40,643 bases of DNA from Chloroflexota bacterium (GTDB lineage Bacteria; Chloroflexota; Limnocylindria; Limnocylindrales; CSP1-4), in the NCBI GenBank assembly GCA_046352645.1, contig JBJTJV010000016.1, forward strand, positions 1 through 40,643. Direction: 5' to 3'. Below the pieces are notes generated by a model that did not search any database, had not been told where the DNA came from, and was given only the letters and a program-made list of their open reading frames with translations. Both the position numbers and the translations under genes were made by a program. Of this stretch, positions 15,323-24,241 are shown piece by piece. How positions within the stretch are numbered: position 1 is the first letter of the stretch; each line of letters opens with the position of its first letter.

Positions 15323-16940
15323 CCGGGTCCCGCCCGGCGCGCGCGAGGAGCTCGTGCGCGGCTGCCTCGGCGGCCGGCGAGCCTGCGCCACCCGCGATCA
15401 TCGCGGCGAGCTCCGCGACCCGGGCGTGCCCGGTGAGCTCGGTGACCGCCGTCGTGGTCCGGCCGTCGCGGACGGACTTCTCGATCCGCAGGTGGGCATC
15501 GGCCCAGGCCGCGATCTGCGGCAGGTGGGTGACGCACAGGACCTGGCGGTCGCGGGCGAGCGCGTGGAGCATCCGCCCGACCGGCTCCGCGGAACGCCCC
15601 CCGATCCCGGTGTCGATCTCGTCGAAGACGACCGTGGGGGTTGCATCGGCAGCCGCCGCGACGCCGCGGATCGCGAGCGCGATCCGGGAGAGCTCCCCGC
15701 CCGACGCGATGCGCGCCAGGGGGCGGGGCGGCTCGCCGGGGTTGGCCGCGAGGAGGAAGGTGACCGAATCGGCGCCGTCGGCGCCGAGGGGCGCGTCGGC
15801 CACGGCGACGGCGAAGGCGCCGGGTGCGAAGCCGAGCTCCCCGAGTGCTGCATCGACCGCCGCCGCGAAGACGTGCGCCGTCGCGCGGCGTCGCGCGCCC
15901 AGGGCCGCGGCCGCGGTGTCCGCGGTGCTCCGCAGTCGCGCGTCGGCGGCGGCACGCTCCGCTCGCTCTGCGGCCGCGCCCGCCAGCCGCTCGGCCTCTG
16001 CCTGCATCCGGGCGCCGTGTGCCACGACCGTCTCCTCGTCCTCGCCGTACTTGCGCAGGAGCGTGTACAGGTCCGCAAGACGCTGCTCGAGGGCCGGCGA
16101 CGCCTCGGCGGCCGCATCGAGATCCGATCCCGCGGACCGGACCTCGTGGGCGAGGTCGTCCGCCTCGGCCGCGAGTCCGACCGCCCGCGCGGCGAGGGGC
16201 GCGAGGCGCGCGTCGACCCGTGCGGCATCCGCGAGGTCGCGGGCGGCTGCGGCGATCCGGGCGTACGCACCGCTCCCCTCCCCGGTGAGCGCGTCCTCGG
16301 CGCCCGCGAGGTGGCGGGCAAGCCGTTCCACGGACGCCACCGCCGCGAGGCGCGCCCGCAGCTCGGCGATCTCGCCCGGACGGATCCGCGCGGCGGCGAT
16401 CTCGTCGGCCTCCCAGGCAGCGAGCTCGCGGCGTCGGTCGAGCGCGTCCGGGGCGGCGGCGAGCTCGGCGAGGAGCGCCGCGTTCGTGCGCCACGCGTCG
16501 ACGGCCGCGCGAACGGCAGCGCGCTCCGCGTCGTGGCCGCCGCAGGCGTCGAGCAGGTCGCGCTGGAAGTCCGCGGCGAGGAGCCGTTGCTGGTCGTGCT
16601 GCCCGTGGATCTCCACCCGGGCCGCGACCGTGGCGGCCAGCCGCGCGGCGGTGACCGTGGCGTCATCGAGACGGGCGAGGCTGCGACCGCCCGCCGCGAC
16701 CTCGCGCACGGCGATCAGCGGTTCGGGGTCACCATCGAAGACGGCCTCGACACGCGCCTCCGCAGCACCCGAGCGGACGAGGGAGCTGTCCGCGCGCCCG
16801 CCGAGGACGAGCAGGAGGGCGTCGATGAGGAGCGACTTGCCCGCGCCCGTCTCGCCGGTCAGGACGGTCAGCCCGGGACCGAGCCGGATGCGCACCCGCT
16901 CGAGCAGGGCGAGGTCGGCGACCGCGAGCTCGAGCAGCAT
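15315..16940 (-). CDS. recN: DNA repair protein RecN
   Basis: ORF 15315..17054 trimmed to ATG 16940 (MLLELAVADLALLERV). Walker A GETGAGKS, signature SGGELSRIALA, Walker B VVFDEIDTGIGG. Confidence 0.95.
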   Translation of the reverse strand: MLLELAVADLALLERVRIRLGPGLTVLTGETGAGKSLLIDALLLVLGGRADSSLVRSGAAEARVEAVFDGDPEPLIAVREVAAGGRSLARLDDATVTAARLAATVAARVEIHGQHDQQRLLAADFQRDLLDACGGHDAERAAVRAAVDAWRTNAALLAELAAAPDALDRRRELAAWEADEIAAARIRPGEIAELRARLAAVASVERLARHLAGAEDALTGEGSGAYARIAAAARDLADAARVDARLAPLAARAVGLAAEADDLAHEVRSAGSDLDAAAEASPALEQRLADLYTLLRKYGEDEETVVAHGARMQAEAERLAGAAAERAERAAADARLRSTADTAAAALGARRRATAHVFAAAVDAALGELGFAPGAFAVAVADAPLGADGADSVTFLLAANPGEPPRPLARIASGGELSRIALAIRGVAAAADATPTVVFDEIDTGIGGRSAEPVGRMLHALARDRQVLCVTHLPQIAAWADAHLRIEKSVRDGRTTTAVTELTGHARVAELAAMIAGGAGSPAAEAAAHELLARAGRDPGG

Positions 16941-16941
16941 C

Positions 16942-17781
16942 TCAGGACGGAAGGAGCGCCGCCTTGCGCCGGAGGAGGTCCCAGAACGGCGCGGCCCCCT
17001 CCGGCTCGACGAGGCGGATCGGTCGGGGCCGGACCGCGACCCGAACCTCGTCACCCGCGACGAGGGGAACGTCCTCGTGGCCGTCGATGCTCACGAGGCA
17101 GCCGGGGGTCTCGAGGACGCGCACGTGGACGACGTGCGCCTCGCCGACGACGACGGAGCGGATCGCCGAGAGGTAGCCCGCGATCGGGGTGAGGACGAGG
17201 TTGCGGCTCGTCGGCTCCAGGATCGGGCCACCGGCGCTGAACGAGTAGGCGGTCGATCCGGTCGGGGTCGCCACGACGAGGCCGTCGCAGGTCCAGGTGG
17301 CCATGTGCGAGCCGGAGATCGCCACGTCGAGGTGGACGACGCGCGCCTGGGCGCCGCGCACGATCGCGGCATCGTTCAGGCCGAGATACGTCCGGGCGAG
17401 CCCCGGGTCGCCGCCGGGGAGGACGGTCGCCTCGAGGAGCATCCGCGGCTCGAGCCGGAAGCGGCCCGCGGCCATCGTTTCGAGGACCTCGATCGCCTGT
17501 GCGGGATCGGCCTTGGAGAGGAAGCCGACCTTGCCGGCGTTCACCCCGAGGATCGGCACGTCCACCTCCGCGACGGCGCGCGCGGCGCGCAGGAAGGTGC
17601 CGTCGCCGCCGAGGACGACGAGGAGGTCCGTCTCCGGCAGGTCCGTGACGAGCCCCGGCAGGTCCCGTGCCTCGCGCTCCCAGGCGCCGATGCCGCGGGC
17701 GCGCGCCCAGGCGGCGAGCGGGCCGCGCAGCTCGTCCGCGCGCGGGCTCGTGGGGTTGATCGCGAAGCCGATGCGGCGCAT
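16942..17781 (-). CDS. nadK: NAD kinase
   Basis: ORF 16942..17781. GGDGTFL, NAGKVGFL, NDAAI and TPTGSTAYSFSAGGPI. The ATG shares one nt with the tlyA stop (TGATG). Confidence 0.95.
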   Translation of the reverse strand: MRRIGFAINPTSPRADELRGPLAAWARARGIGAWEREARDLPGLVTDLPETDLLVVLGGDGTFLRAARAVAEVDVPILGVNAGKVGFLSKADPAQAIEVLETMAAGRFRLEPRMLLEATVLPGGDPGLARTYLGLNDAAIVRGAQARVVHLDVAISGSHMATWTCDGLVVATPTGSTAYSFSAGGPILEPTSRNLVLTPIAGYLSAIRSVVVGEAHVVHVRVLETPGCLVSIDGHEDVPLVAGDEVRVAVRPRPIRLVEPEGAAPFWDLLRRKAALLPS

Positions 17782-18569
17782 CAGGCGGCGGCATCCGCCT
17801 GCGGCACGCGCAGGTGGAGGAAGAACTCGTGGTTGCCCGACGGGCCGACGAGCGGGGACTCGACCTCGCCGAGCACCGTCAGCCCGAGCGCGCCCGCGTG
17901 CTCCGCCACGCGTGCCACGGCCTGCGCGCGGAGACCTGCGTCGCGGACGACGCCGTGGGGCACCTCGCGGGGCGAGAGCTCGAACTGCGGCTTCACCATC
18001 GGCAGGATCGTACCGCCCGGTCGCACCGCGGCCGCCATCCCCCGCAGGAGACGAGTGAGCGAGATGAACGAGACATCCGCCACCGCGAGATCGACCGGCT
18101 CGGGGAGCACGAGGGGCGCGTCCGCGTCGGGATCGAGCCGGGCCGCATGGACGCGCTCCATGGAGATGACCCGGGGATCCGCCCGAAGCGTCGCGGCGAG
18201 CTGTCCACGTCCCACGTCGAGAGCATAGACGCGGAGCGCGCCCGCCTGCAGCAGACAGTCGGTGAACCCGCCGGTGCTCGCCCCGACATCGAGGCAGACG
18301 GTCCCCGCCGGATCCACGCCGAAGGCCGCGAGCGCACCGGCCAGCTTGTCCCCGCCGCGGCTGACGTAGCGCGCGGGCGCGGTCAGCGCCACCGCGATCG
18401 TCGCGGGCACGAGATCACCGGCCTTGCGGTCGGTGCGTACGGACGGCGGCTCTCCGACCACCACCTTGCCGGCGAGGATGAGCGCCTGGGCTGCGGAGCG
18501 CGTCGGGGCGAGGCCGCGATCGACGAGGAGCTGATCGAGCCGCCGGCGGGCGCCCCCGGACGCGCTCAG
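17781..18569 (-). CDS. tlyA: TlyA family rRNA 2'-O-methyltransferase (hemolysin A-like)
   Basis: C-terminal part of ORF 17781..19979. S4-like RRRLDQLLVDRGLAPTRSAAQALILAGKV, SAM motif LDVGASTGGFTD, and VKPQFE. Start uncertain: the only candidate just upstream of RRRLD is CTG 18569-18567, which overlaps the dxs stop. Confidence 0.85.
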   Translation of the reverse strand: MSASGGARRRLDQLLVDRGLAPTRSAAQALILAGKVVVGEPPSVRTDRKAGDLVPATIAVALTAPARYVSRGGDKLAGALAAFGVDPAGTVCLDVGASTGGFTDCLLQAGALRVYALDVGRGQLAATLRADPRVISMERVHAARLDPDADAPLVLPEPVDLAVADVSFISLTRLLRGMAAAVRPGGTILPMVKPQFELSPREVPHGVVRDAGLRAQAVARVAEHAGALGLTVLGEVESPLVGPSGNHEFFLHLRVPQADAAA

Positions 18570-20569
18570 GCGACCCCGCTGCCGAGATGCGCGGCAGCCA
18601 TGAGCGGCGTGAGCCCGAGCTCGGCGAGCGCCTCGCGGATCTGCTCGACGATGCCCTCCGTGTCCAGGCGGATGAGCCGTCGGAGGTCGGCGACGGAGCC
18701 GTGGTCCACGAAGCGATGTGCCGGGATGCCGATGCGCACGACCGGGATGCCGCGGAGCGTGGGATCCGCGACGCCCGCGTCCGCGATCGCCTCGAGCACG
18801 GCGGAGCCGAAGCCGCCGGCCACGGCCGATTCCTCGAGGGTCACGACGAGACGCTTGCCGCGTGCCTGCGCACAGATGAGCTCGGCGTCGAGCGGCTTGG
18901 CCCAGCGCGCATTCACGACCGCGGTGGACCAGCCGTCGTGCCCGAGCGCGTCGGCCGCCGCCATGCCCCGTGCCACGATCGGGCCGAAGCCCACGATGCA
19001 CAGGTCCGACCCTTCGCGGACCACCTCGCCCCTGCCGACCGGGAGGACGACCGGTGTCTGCTCGGGCAGGCCGAAGCCCGCGTCGCGCGGGTAGAGGAGC
19101 GCGGTCGGGTGCTCGGATGCGAACGCGGTCGCGAGGAGTGAGCGCAGCTCCTGCTCGTCCTTCGGCGAGGCGATCTGGAGCACGGGGAGCTGGCGCATCG
19201 CGCCGAGCATGAACATCCCCTGGTGGCTCGTGCCGTCCTCGCCGACCAGCCCGGAACGGTCCACGCCGATCACGACCGGGGCGTCGTTCTGGCAGACGTC
19301 GTGGACGACCTGGTCGAACGCGCGCTGGAGGAAGGTGCTGTAGAGCGCGACGAAGGGACGGCGCCCGTCCAGCGCGAGGCCCGTGGCAAGCGCGACCGCG
19401 TGCTGCTCGGCGATGCCGACGTCGTATGTGCGCTCCGGGAAGCGACCCGCGAACGCCGCCACGCCGGTGCCCGTGGGCATGCCCGCGGTGATCGCGACGA
19501 TGCGCGGGTCCACGGTGGCGAGCCGGAGCAGCTCGTCGCTCAGGACGGCGGTGTAGTTCGGGTTCTTCCGGGGAGCGGGCGCGGTGGGCGTCGCTGCCGC
19601 GGCCTCGCCCTCGCTCTGCGCCGAGCCGCTCACCTCCTGGCCCGCGTCGTCCACGCGGAAGGGCGGCAGGGCGGCGCCGTGGAAGCTGACCTGGTCGGCC
19701 TCCGCCGGCCGGAAGCCGCGCCCCTTCTGGGTGCGGACGTGGACGACGACGGGTCCTTCCTGTGCGGCGAAGGCGGAGCCGAGCACGGAGGTGAGCTCGC
19801 GCAGGTCGTGCCCGTCGACCGGGCCGACGTACGTCAGGCCGAGGTCCTCGAAGAGCCGCCCGTCCTGCGCGAAGTCGACGACCGCGCCGCGGAAGCGCCG
19901 CGACCACTCGAGGACCGTCGGCCCGACTGCGGGCAGGCGCTCCACCGCGTGGTCGTACGTGTTCCGGGAATCGCGCCACGTCTTGGAGAGCTTGATCCGC
20001 GAGAGATACCCCGAGACGGCGCCGACCGTGGGCGAGATGCTCATCTCGTTGTCGTTGAGGATGACGACCATCCGCGTCCCGCGATGGCCGAGGTCGTTGA
20101 GCGCCTCGAGCGCGAGGCCGGACATGAGCGCGGCGTCGCCGACGATCGCGACCACGCGGTCCGTGCCTCCACGCACGTCGCGGGCGAGCGCGAGGCCTTC
20201 GGCGATGGAGATGCCCGTCCCGGCGTGCCCGCCGTCCATGACGTCAGGCGGGCGCTCCGTGCGGCGCGGGAAGCCGCCGATGCCGCCGATCTGCCGGAGC
20301 GTCCCGAAGTCGGCAAGGCGACCGGTGAGCAGCTTGTGCGCGTAGGCCTGGTGGCCGGTATCCCAGACGATCCGGTCGGTCGGGCTGTCAAGGAGGCGGT
20401 GCAGGACAATGGTCAGCTCGACGACGCCGAGCGAGGACCCGAGGTGTCCGCCGGTCTTCGCGACCGTGGACACGATCGTCCGGCGGATCTCCCCGCACAG
20501 GGCGAGCAGCTGCTGCTCGTTCAGTTCCTTGAGGTCCGCGGGACCGCGGAGGTCGGTGAGGAGGGACAC
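18566..20569 (-). CDS. dxs: 1-deoxy-D-xylulose-5-phosphate synthase
   Basis: ORF 18566..20569 with a GTG start and SD AGGAG 6 nt upstream. GHLGSSLG, HQAYAHKLLTGR, TPP motif IVGDAALMSGLALEALN...ILNDNEMSIS, IAEQHAV and GEDGTSHQG. Confidence 0.96.
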   Translation of the reverse strand: MSLLTDLRGPADLKELNEQQLLALCGEIRRTIVSTVAKTGGHLGSSLGVVELTIVLHRLLDSPTDRIVWDTGHQAYAHKLLTGRLADFGTLRQIGGIGGFPRRTERPPDVMDGGHAGTGISIAEGLALARDVRGGTDRVVAIVGDAALMSGLALEALNDLGHRGTRMVVILNDNEMSISPTVGAVSGYLSRIKLSKTWRDSRNTYDHAVERLPAVGPTVLEWSRRFRGAVVDFAQDGRLFEDLGLTYVGPVDGHDLRELTSVLGSAFAAQEGPVVVHVRTQKGRGFRPAEADQVSFHGAALPPFRVDDAGQEVSGSAQSEGEAAAATPTAPAPRKNPNYTAVLSDELLRLATVDPRIVAITAGMPTGTGVAAFAGRFPERTYDVGIAEQHAVALATGLALDGRRPFVALYSTFLQRAFDQVVHDVCQNDAPVVIGVDRSGLVGEDGTSHQGMFMLGAMRQLPVLQIASPKDEQELRSLLATAFASEHPTALLYPRDAGFGLPEQTPVVLPVGRGEVVREGSDLCIVGFGPIVARGMAAADALGHDGWSTAVVNARWAKPLDAELICAQARGKRLVVTLEESAVAGGFGSAVLEAIADAGVADPTLRGIPVVRIGIPAHRFVDHGSVADLRRLIRLDTEGIVEQIREALAELGLTPLMAAAHLGSGVA

Positions 20570-20701
20570 TCGGGACTCCTGTGACGCAGAGTCGGGGGCC
20601 GCGTCCGCCCCGGAGGACTGCCTCCTGCGTTCTCTTCGCAGCGGTGCGCCCGGCGGATGATAGACCCGGACCAGCCACGCCGCCGACCCGGGATCGGTCC
20701 G

Positions 20702-20971
20702 TCAGTCGGACTCGCCGCCGACGTCGTCGAGCGCGCGTGCGACCGGTCCGCCCGCACGGTCGGAGAGGCGTGCCACGCGCAGCTCGGCCGCATCGAGGAG
20801 CTCCGCGCAGCGGCCGTGGAGCGCCACGCCGCGGGCATACAGCTCGATCGACCCCTCGAGCGGGAGGTCTCCCCCTTCCAGCCTGCCGACCACCGCCTGG
20901 AGCTCCGCGAGGGCCGCGTCGAAGGTGAGCGTGGCGATCGCGGGGTCGGGCACGGCATCGGGTTCGGTCAT
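20702..20971 (-). CDS. xseB: Exodeoxyribonuclease VII small subunit
   Basis: Last 89 codons of ORF 20702..21613, from ATG 20971 (ATGA overlap with the xseA stop). Sequence LTFDAALAELQAVVGRLEGGDLPLEGSIELYARGVAL. Confidence 0.88.
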   Translation of the reverse strand: MTEPDAVPDPAIATLTFDAALAELQAVVGRLEGGDLPLEGSIELYARGVALHGRCAELLDAAELRVARLSDRAGGPVARALDDVGGESD

Positions 20972-22356
20972 GCCGGGGAGTCTCGCACGGCCGTGATGCG
21001 GGCGTCCAGCGCCCCGCGGGCGAGCGTGACGCCGATCGTTCCGCCCGCGGATGCGGCCGAAGCGTCCACGAGGACCCGACCGTCGGCGTCGCGGACGATC
21101 GCGTATCCGCGGGCGAGCGTCGCATCCGGGTCGAGAGCGGCGAGCGCGCGCCCGGCCGCGACGAGCGCGGCGCGTCTGTCCCGGACGGCGTCCGTCCCGA
21201 GCGGCGCGAGGCGCGCCGCCGCGAGCGCAAGGCCGCGCTCCGCCGAGGCAAGGCGCGTGCGCGTCGCGCGGTCGGCGCGATCGAGGAGCAGCGCGGCGCG
21301 CTCGCGCTCCACGGCGACAAGCTGCGCCGGGCGGAACGCATCGAGGGCCCGGCGCTCCGCGGTCGCGACCCGTCGGCGGTGGGCGATCGCGGCGGCGCCT
21401 CCCGCGGTGAGCCGGCCGGCGAGCTGCCGCAGCCCCGCTGCCTCCTCGGCCCGGTCGGGGACGGCGAGCTCGGCGGCGACGGAGGGTGTCGCAGCGCGTC
21501 GGTCCGCGGCGAACTCGGCGAGCGTCACGTCCGTCTCGTGCCCGACCCCCACGATGGTGGGCACGGGCGATGCAGCGATGGCCCGCACGACGCTCTCGTC
21601 GTTGAATGCCCACAGGTCCTCGAGGGAGCCGCCGCCCCGCGCGACGATGACGAGGTCGACGCCGGCCCCGTCGGCCGGGTCACGCCACGTGACTGCCCGG
21701 TCGATGGCGGCGACGATGGCGTCCGGTGCGCCCGGGCCCTGGACGAGCGTCGGGGAGAGCAGGAGCCGCACGAGCGGCCAGCGCCGGGCGAGCACCTGGC
21801 GGATGTCGTGGATGACGGCGCCGGTGGGGCTCGTGACCACGGCGATCGAGCGCGGCCAGGCGGGGAGCGCCCGCTTGCGCTCGGGCGCGAAGAGCCCCTC
21901 GGCGGCGAGGCGCTGCTTCAGCGCCTCGTAGCGGGCGGCGAGGTCGCCGATCCCTGCGGGGGCGATGGAATCGATGTAGAGCTGGACCTTGCCCTGGGCC
22001 TCGAAGAGATCGATCCGGCCCTGCGCAAGGATGCGCATCCCCGTCTGTGGCGCGAAGGGTGCGGAGAGCCGCTGATCGCGGAAGAGGACGCACGGAAGCT
22101 GCGCCTGTGCGTCCTTCAGCGTCAGGTAGAGATGCCCCGCCGTGGAGACGGACAGGCTGCCGACCTCGCCCTCCACACAGACCTCACGCAGCGCGGGCGC
22201 GGCGCGCAGCTGGTCGCGGACCCGGCGCACGACCTCCGAGACGCCGAGCACGCGGGGACCCGCCGCCGGACCGCGCTCCTCCCCTGCCGCCCGGCGGGCG
22301 CCCTCCGCGAGGAGCTCGGCGAAACCCGGCAGCGGGCGGGATCGCGGGTCGTCCAT
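20968..22356 (-). CDS. xseA: Exodeoxyribonuclease VII large subunit
   Basis: ORF 20968..22584 trimmed to ATG 22356. OB-fold region VCVEGEVGSLSVSTAGHLYLTLKD, plus IAVVTSPTGAVIHD, ARGGGSLEDLWAFN and GVGHETD. An alternative GTG at 22251 (VLGVSEVV) would give a more typical N-terminus. Confidence 0.93.
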   Translation of the reverse strand: MDDPRSRPLPGFAELLAEGARRAAGEERGPAAGPRVLGVSEVVRRVRDQLRAAPALREVCVEGEVGSLSVSTAGHLYLTLKDAQAQLPCVLFRDQRLSAPFAPQTGMRILAQGRIDLFEAQGKVQLYIDSIAPAGIGDLAARYEALKQRLAAEGLFAPERKRALPAWPRSIAVVTSPTGAVIHDIRQVLARRWPLVRLLLSPTLVQGPGAPDAIVAAIDRAVTWRDPADGAGVDLVIVARGGGSLEDLWAFNDESVVRAIAASPVPTIVGVGHETDVTLAEFAADRRAATPSVAAELAVPDRAEEAAGLRQLAGRLTAGGAAAIAHRRRVATAERRALDAFRPAQLVAVERERAALLLDRADRATRTRLASAERGLALAAARLAPLGTDAVRDRRAALVAAGRALAALDPDATLARGYAIVRDADGRVLVDASAASAGGTIGVTLARGALDARITAVRDSPA

Positions 22357-22378
22357 CCTCCGGGCCGTCCGGCCGGGC

Positions 22379-22936
22379 TCAGACGCGCGTCTGGTACTCG
22401 CCGGTGCGGGTGTCCACGCGGATCGTGTCGCCTTCCGTGACGAAGAGCGGCACCTGCACGACGAGGCCCGTCTCCGTCGTGGCGGGCTTGCGCGCACCGG
22501 TCGCGGTGTCGCCCGCGAAGCCGGGCTCCGTGGTCGCGACCTTGAGGTCCACGTTGATCGGGAGCTCGACGCCGATCGTCTCACCCTGGTAGGTGGTCCG
22601 GTCGAGGAGCATCCCGTCCTTGAGGTAGTGGACGGCGTCGTCGAGCTCGCTCCGGGTCAGGTGGAACTGGTCGTACGACTCGGTCTCCATGAAGTGGTAG
22701 TCGTCGCCGTCCTGGTAGAGGAACTGGATGGGGCGCTTCTCAAGGTAGGCGCGCGGCCACTTCTCGCCGGCCTGGAAGGTCTTCTCGACCGTCTGGCCGC
22801 GCTTGATGTTGTACAGCTTGATACGCACCTGCGCGGAGCCGCGGCCCATCTTGATGTGGTGGTAGTCGAGGATCTTCCAGAGCTCGCCGTCGAGCTCGAT
22901 CGCGATCCCCTTCTTCAGCTCGCCGGTCGAGACCAT
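22379..22936 (-). CDS. efp: Elongation factor P, with Arg at the loop-tip position 32
   Basis: ORF 22379..22975 trimmed to ATG 22936. Sequence MVSTGELKKGIAIELDGELWKILDYHHIKMGRGSAQVRIKLYN...GDTATGARKPATTETGLVVQVPLF. Confidence 0.96.
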   Translation of the reverse strand: MVSTGELKKGIAIELDGELWKILDYHHIKMGRGSAQVRIKLYNIKRGQTVEKTFQAGEKWPRAYLEKRPIQFLYQDGDDYHFMETESYDQFHLTRSELDDAVHYLKDGMLLDRTTYQGETIGVELPINVDLKVATTEPGFAGDTATGARKPATTETGLVVQVPLFVTEGDTIRVDTRTGEYQTRV

Positions 22937-23002
22937 GGGTTCGTGCACGCTCCAGTACGGGAAGGGATGGCGCACCGCACAGGCGGGCGCGGCGTCCGCG
23001 CG

Positions 23003-23008
23003 AGTCTA
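23003..23008 (-). promoter_or_regulatory. Candidate -10 hexamer TAGACT for efp
   Basis: The peptidase stop TAG forms the first three nt of TAGACT. The efp ATG lies 66 nt downstream. A 6-bp hairpin GCGCGG-CGT-CCGCGC at 22987-23001 follows. Confidence 0.3.
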
Positions 23009-24241
23009 CCCGACGACGACGACGTCCCGGGGAAAGGCGGTCAGGAAGGCGAGCGTCCCGGCGGCGATGTCCAGCTGCACGAGGTCCTCGATGCGCACGC
23101 CCGTGACCCCATCGAGGTAGACGCCCGGCTCGACGGAGAAGACGCTCGGGGACGGCAGCAGCGCCTCCGCTGCGCGCAGGCCGAGCGAGGGAGCCTCGTG
23201 CGTGGCGAGCCCGATGCCGTGGCCGAGCCCGTGGCCGAAGTGCGGCCCGTGCCCGGCGGCGACGATCACCGCGCGGGCCGCAGCATCGATGGCGCGGTTC
23301 GTGGGGGCCACGCCCGCGTCCACCGCGGCGGCGAGCGCCGTGAAGGCCGCATCCTGGGCCTCCCGCACGAGCGCGTGCAGCGCGAGGTCCGCGGGGGTCG
23401 GCGCCCCGACGAAGAGGGTCCGCGTCATGTCCGAGCGGTAGCCCGCGACCTGCGCGCCGAAGTCGAAGAGCAGGACCGCCCCGGCGGCCACCGCCCGTGC
23501 GCCGGGCGACCCGTGCGGCAGCGCTGCGCGCGGCCCGGCCAGGCAGGCGACATCGAAGGCGAGCGCCTCGGCGCCGTGCGTGCGCATCTGCCACTCGAGC
23601 TCGAGCGCGAGCTCGTGCTCGGTCACTCCCGGCCGGATGCGCGGCAGGAGACGTTCGAGCGCGCCGTCCGCGACCGCGCAGGCCGCCCCGATGCGCTCGA
23701 GCTCCGCGGGCTCCTTCACCGCGCGCAGCTGCTCGAGGATGCCGTCCGCGGGCACGAGGTCCACGTCGGGCAGCGCGGCGGCGAGCCGGAGCCACGTGGC
23801 GTGCGGGATCGCACCGGCCTCCATGCCGATCCGGCGCACGCTGCCCGGGGCACCGCCGCCGATCGGCCGGAGCCCGCCGACGAGCTCGGGCCAGCGCTGC
23901 GGCAGATCCCCGTAGACCTCCGCGAGGCGGGCGTCGGGCGCCTCCTCCAGCGCCTGGACGCGGTAGCGGGAATCGGCGAGCAGGACGACCTCGTCGGCGC
24001 TCACGAGCAGCTGGCCGGACACGCCCGCGACCTTCTCCTCGCCCTCGCCGAGCACGAACCCGGAGAGGTACCGCGCGGTCTCGCGCCGGACGCCGAACCA
24101 GGCGTCGAGCCCCTCCGCGGCGAGCAGGGCGCGGAAGCGTGCCAGCCGGTCGGGTCGGGCGGCGCGGTCCGCCGCTTCCCACCGTGCACGGGCTGCCGCG
24201 TCCGGCAGGGCGCGGGGTGCGAGGGGGAGCGAGGCGCTCAC
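23006..24241 (-). CDS. Xaa-Pro aminopeptidase/dipeptidase (peptidase M24B)
   Basis: C-terminal 411 codons of ORF 23006..25906, from GTG 24241 (GTGA overlap with mltG). Metal ligand contexts LFDFGAQVAGYRSDMTRT, HGLGHGIGLATHE, SVEPGVY and RIEDLV. Sits upstream of efp, as in actinobacteria. Confidence 0.92.
   Translation of the reverse strand: MSASLPLAPRALPDAAARARWEAADRAARPDRLARFRALLAAEGLDAWFGVRRETARYLSGFVLGEGEEKVAGVSGQLLVSADEVVLLADSRYRVQALEEAPDARLAEVYGDLPQRWPELVGGLRPIGGGAPGSVRRIGMEAGAIPHATWLRLAAALPDVDLVPADGILEQLRAVKEPAELERIGAACAVADGALERLLPRIRPGVTEHELALELEWQMRTHGAEALAFDVACLAGPRAALPHGSPGARAVAAGAVLLFDFGAQVAGYRSDMTRTLFVGAPTPADLALHALVREAQDAAFTALAAAVDAGVAPTNRAIDAAARAVIVAAGHGPHFGHGLGHGIGLATHEAPSLGLRAAEALLPSPSVFSVEPGVYLDGVTGVRIEDLVQLDIAAGTLAFLTAFPRDVVVVG

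Noticed and set aside
19560-19680. Ala/Glu/Pro/Arg-rich insertions and tails in conserved proteins: the Dxs inter-domain linker, the Der linker between G domains (about 6900-7080), and the IspH, MnmA and TypA C-terminal tails.
   Set aside because: Low-complexity linker expansion is common in very GC-rich genomes. I see no repeat structure or extra domain, so I do not consider these functional novelties without alignment evidence.
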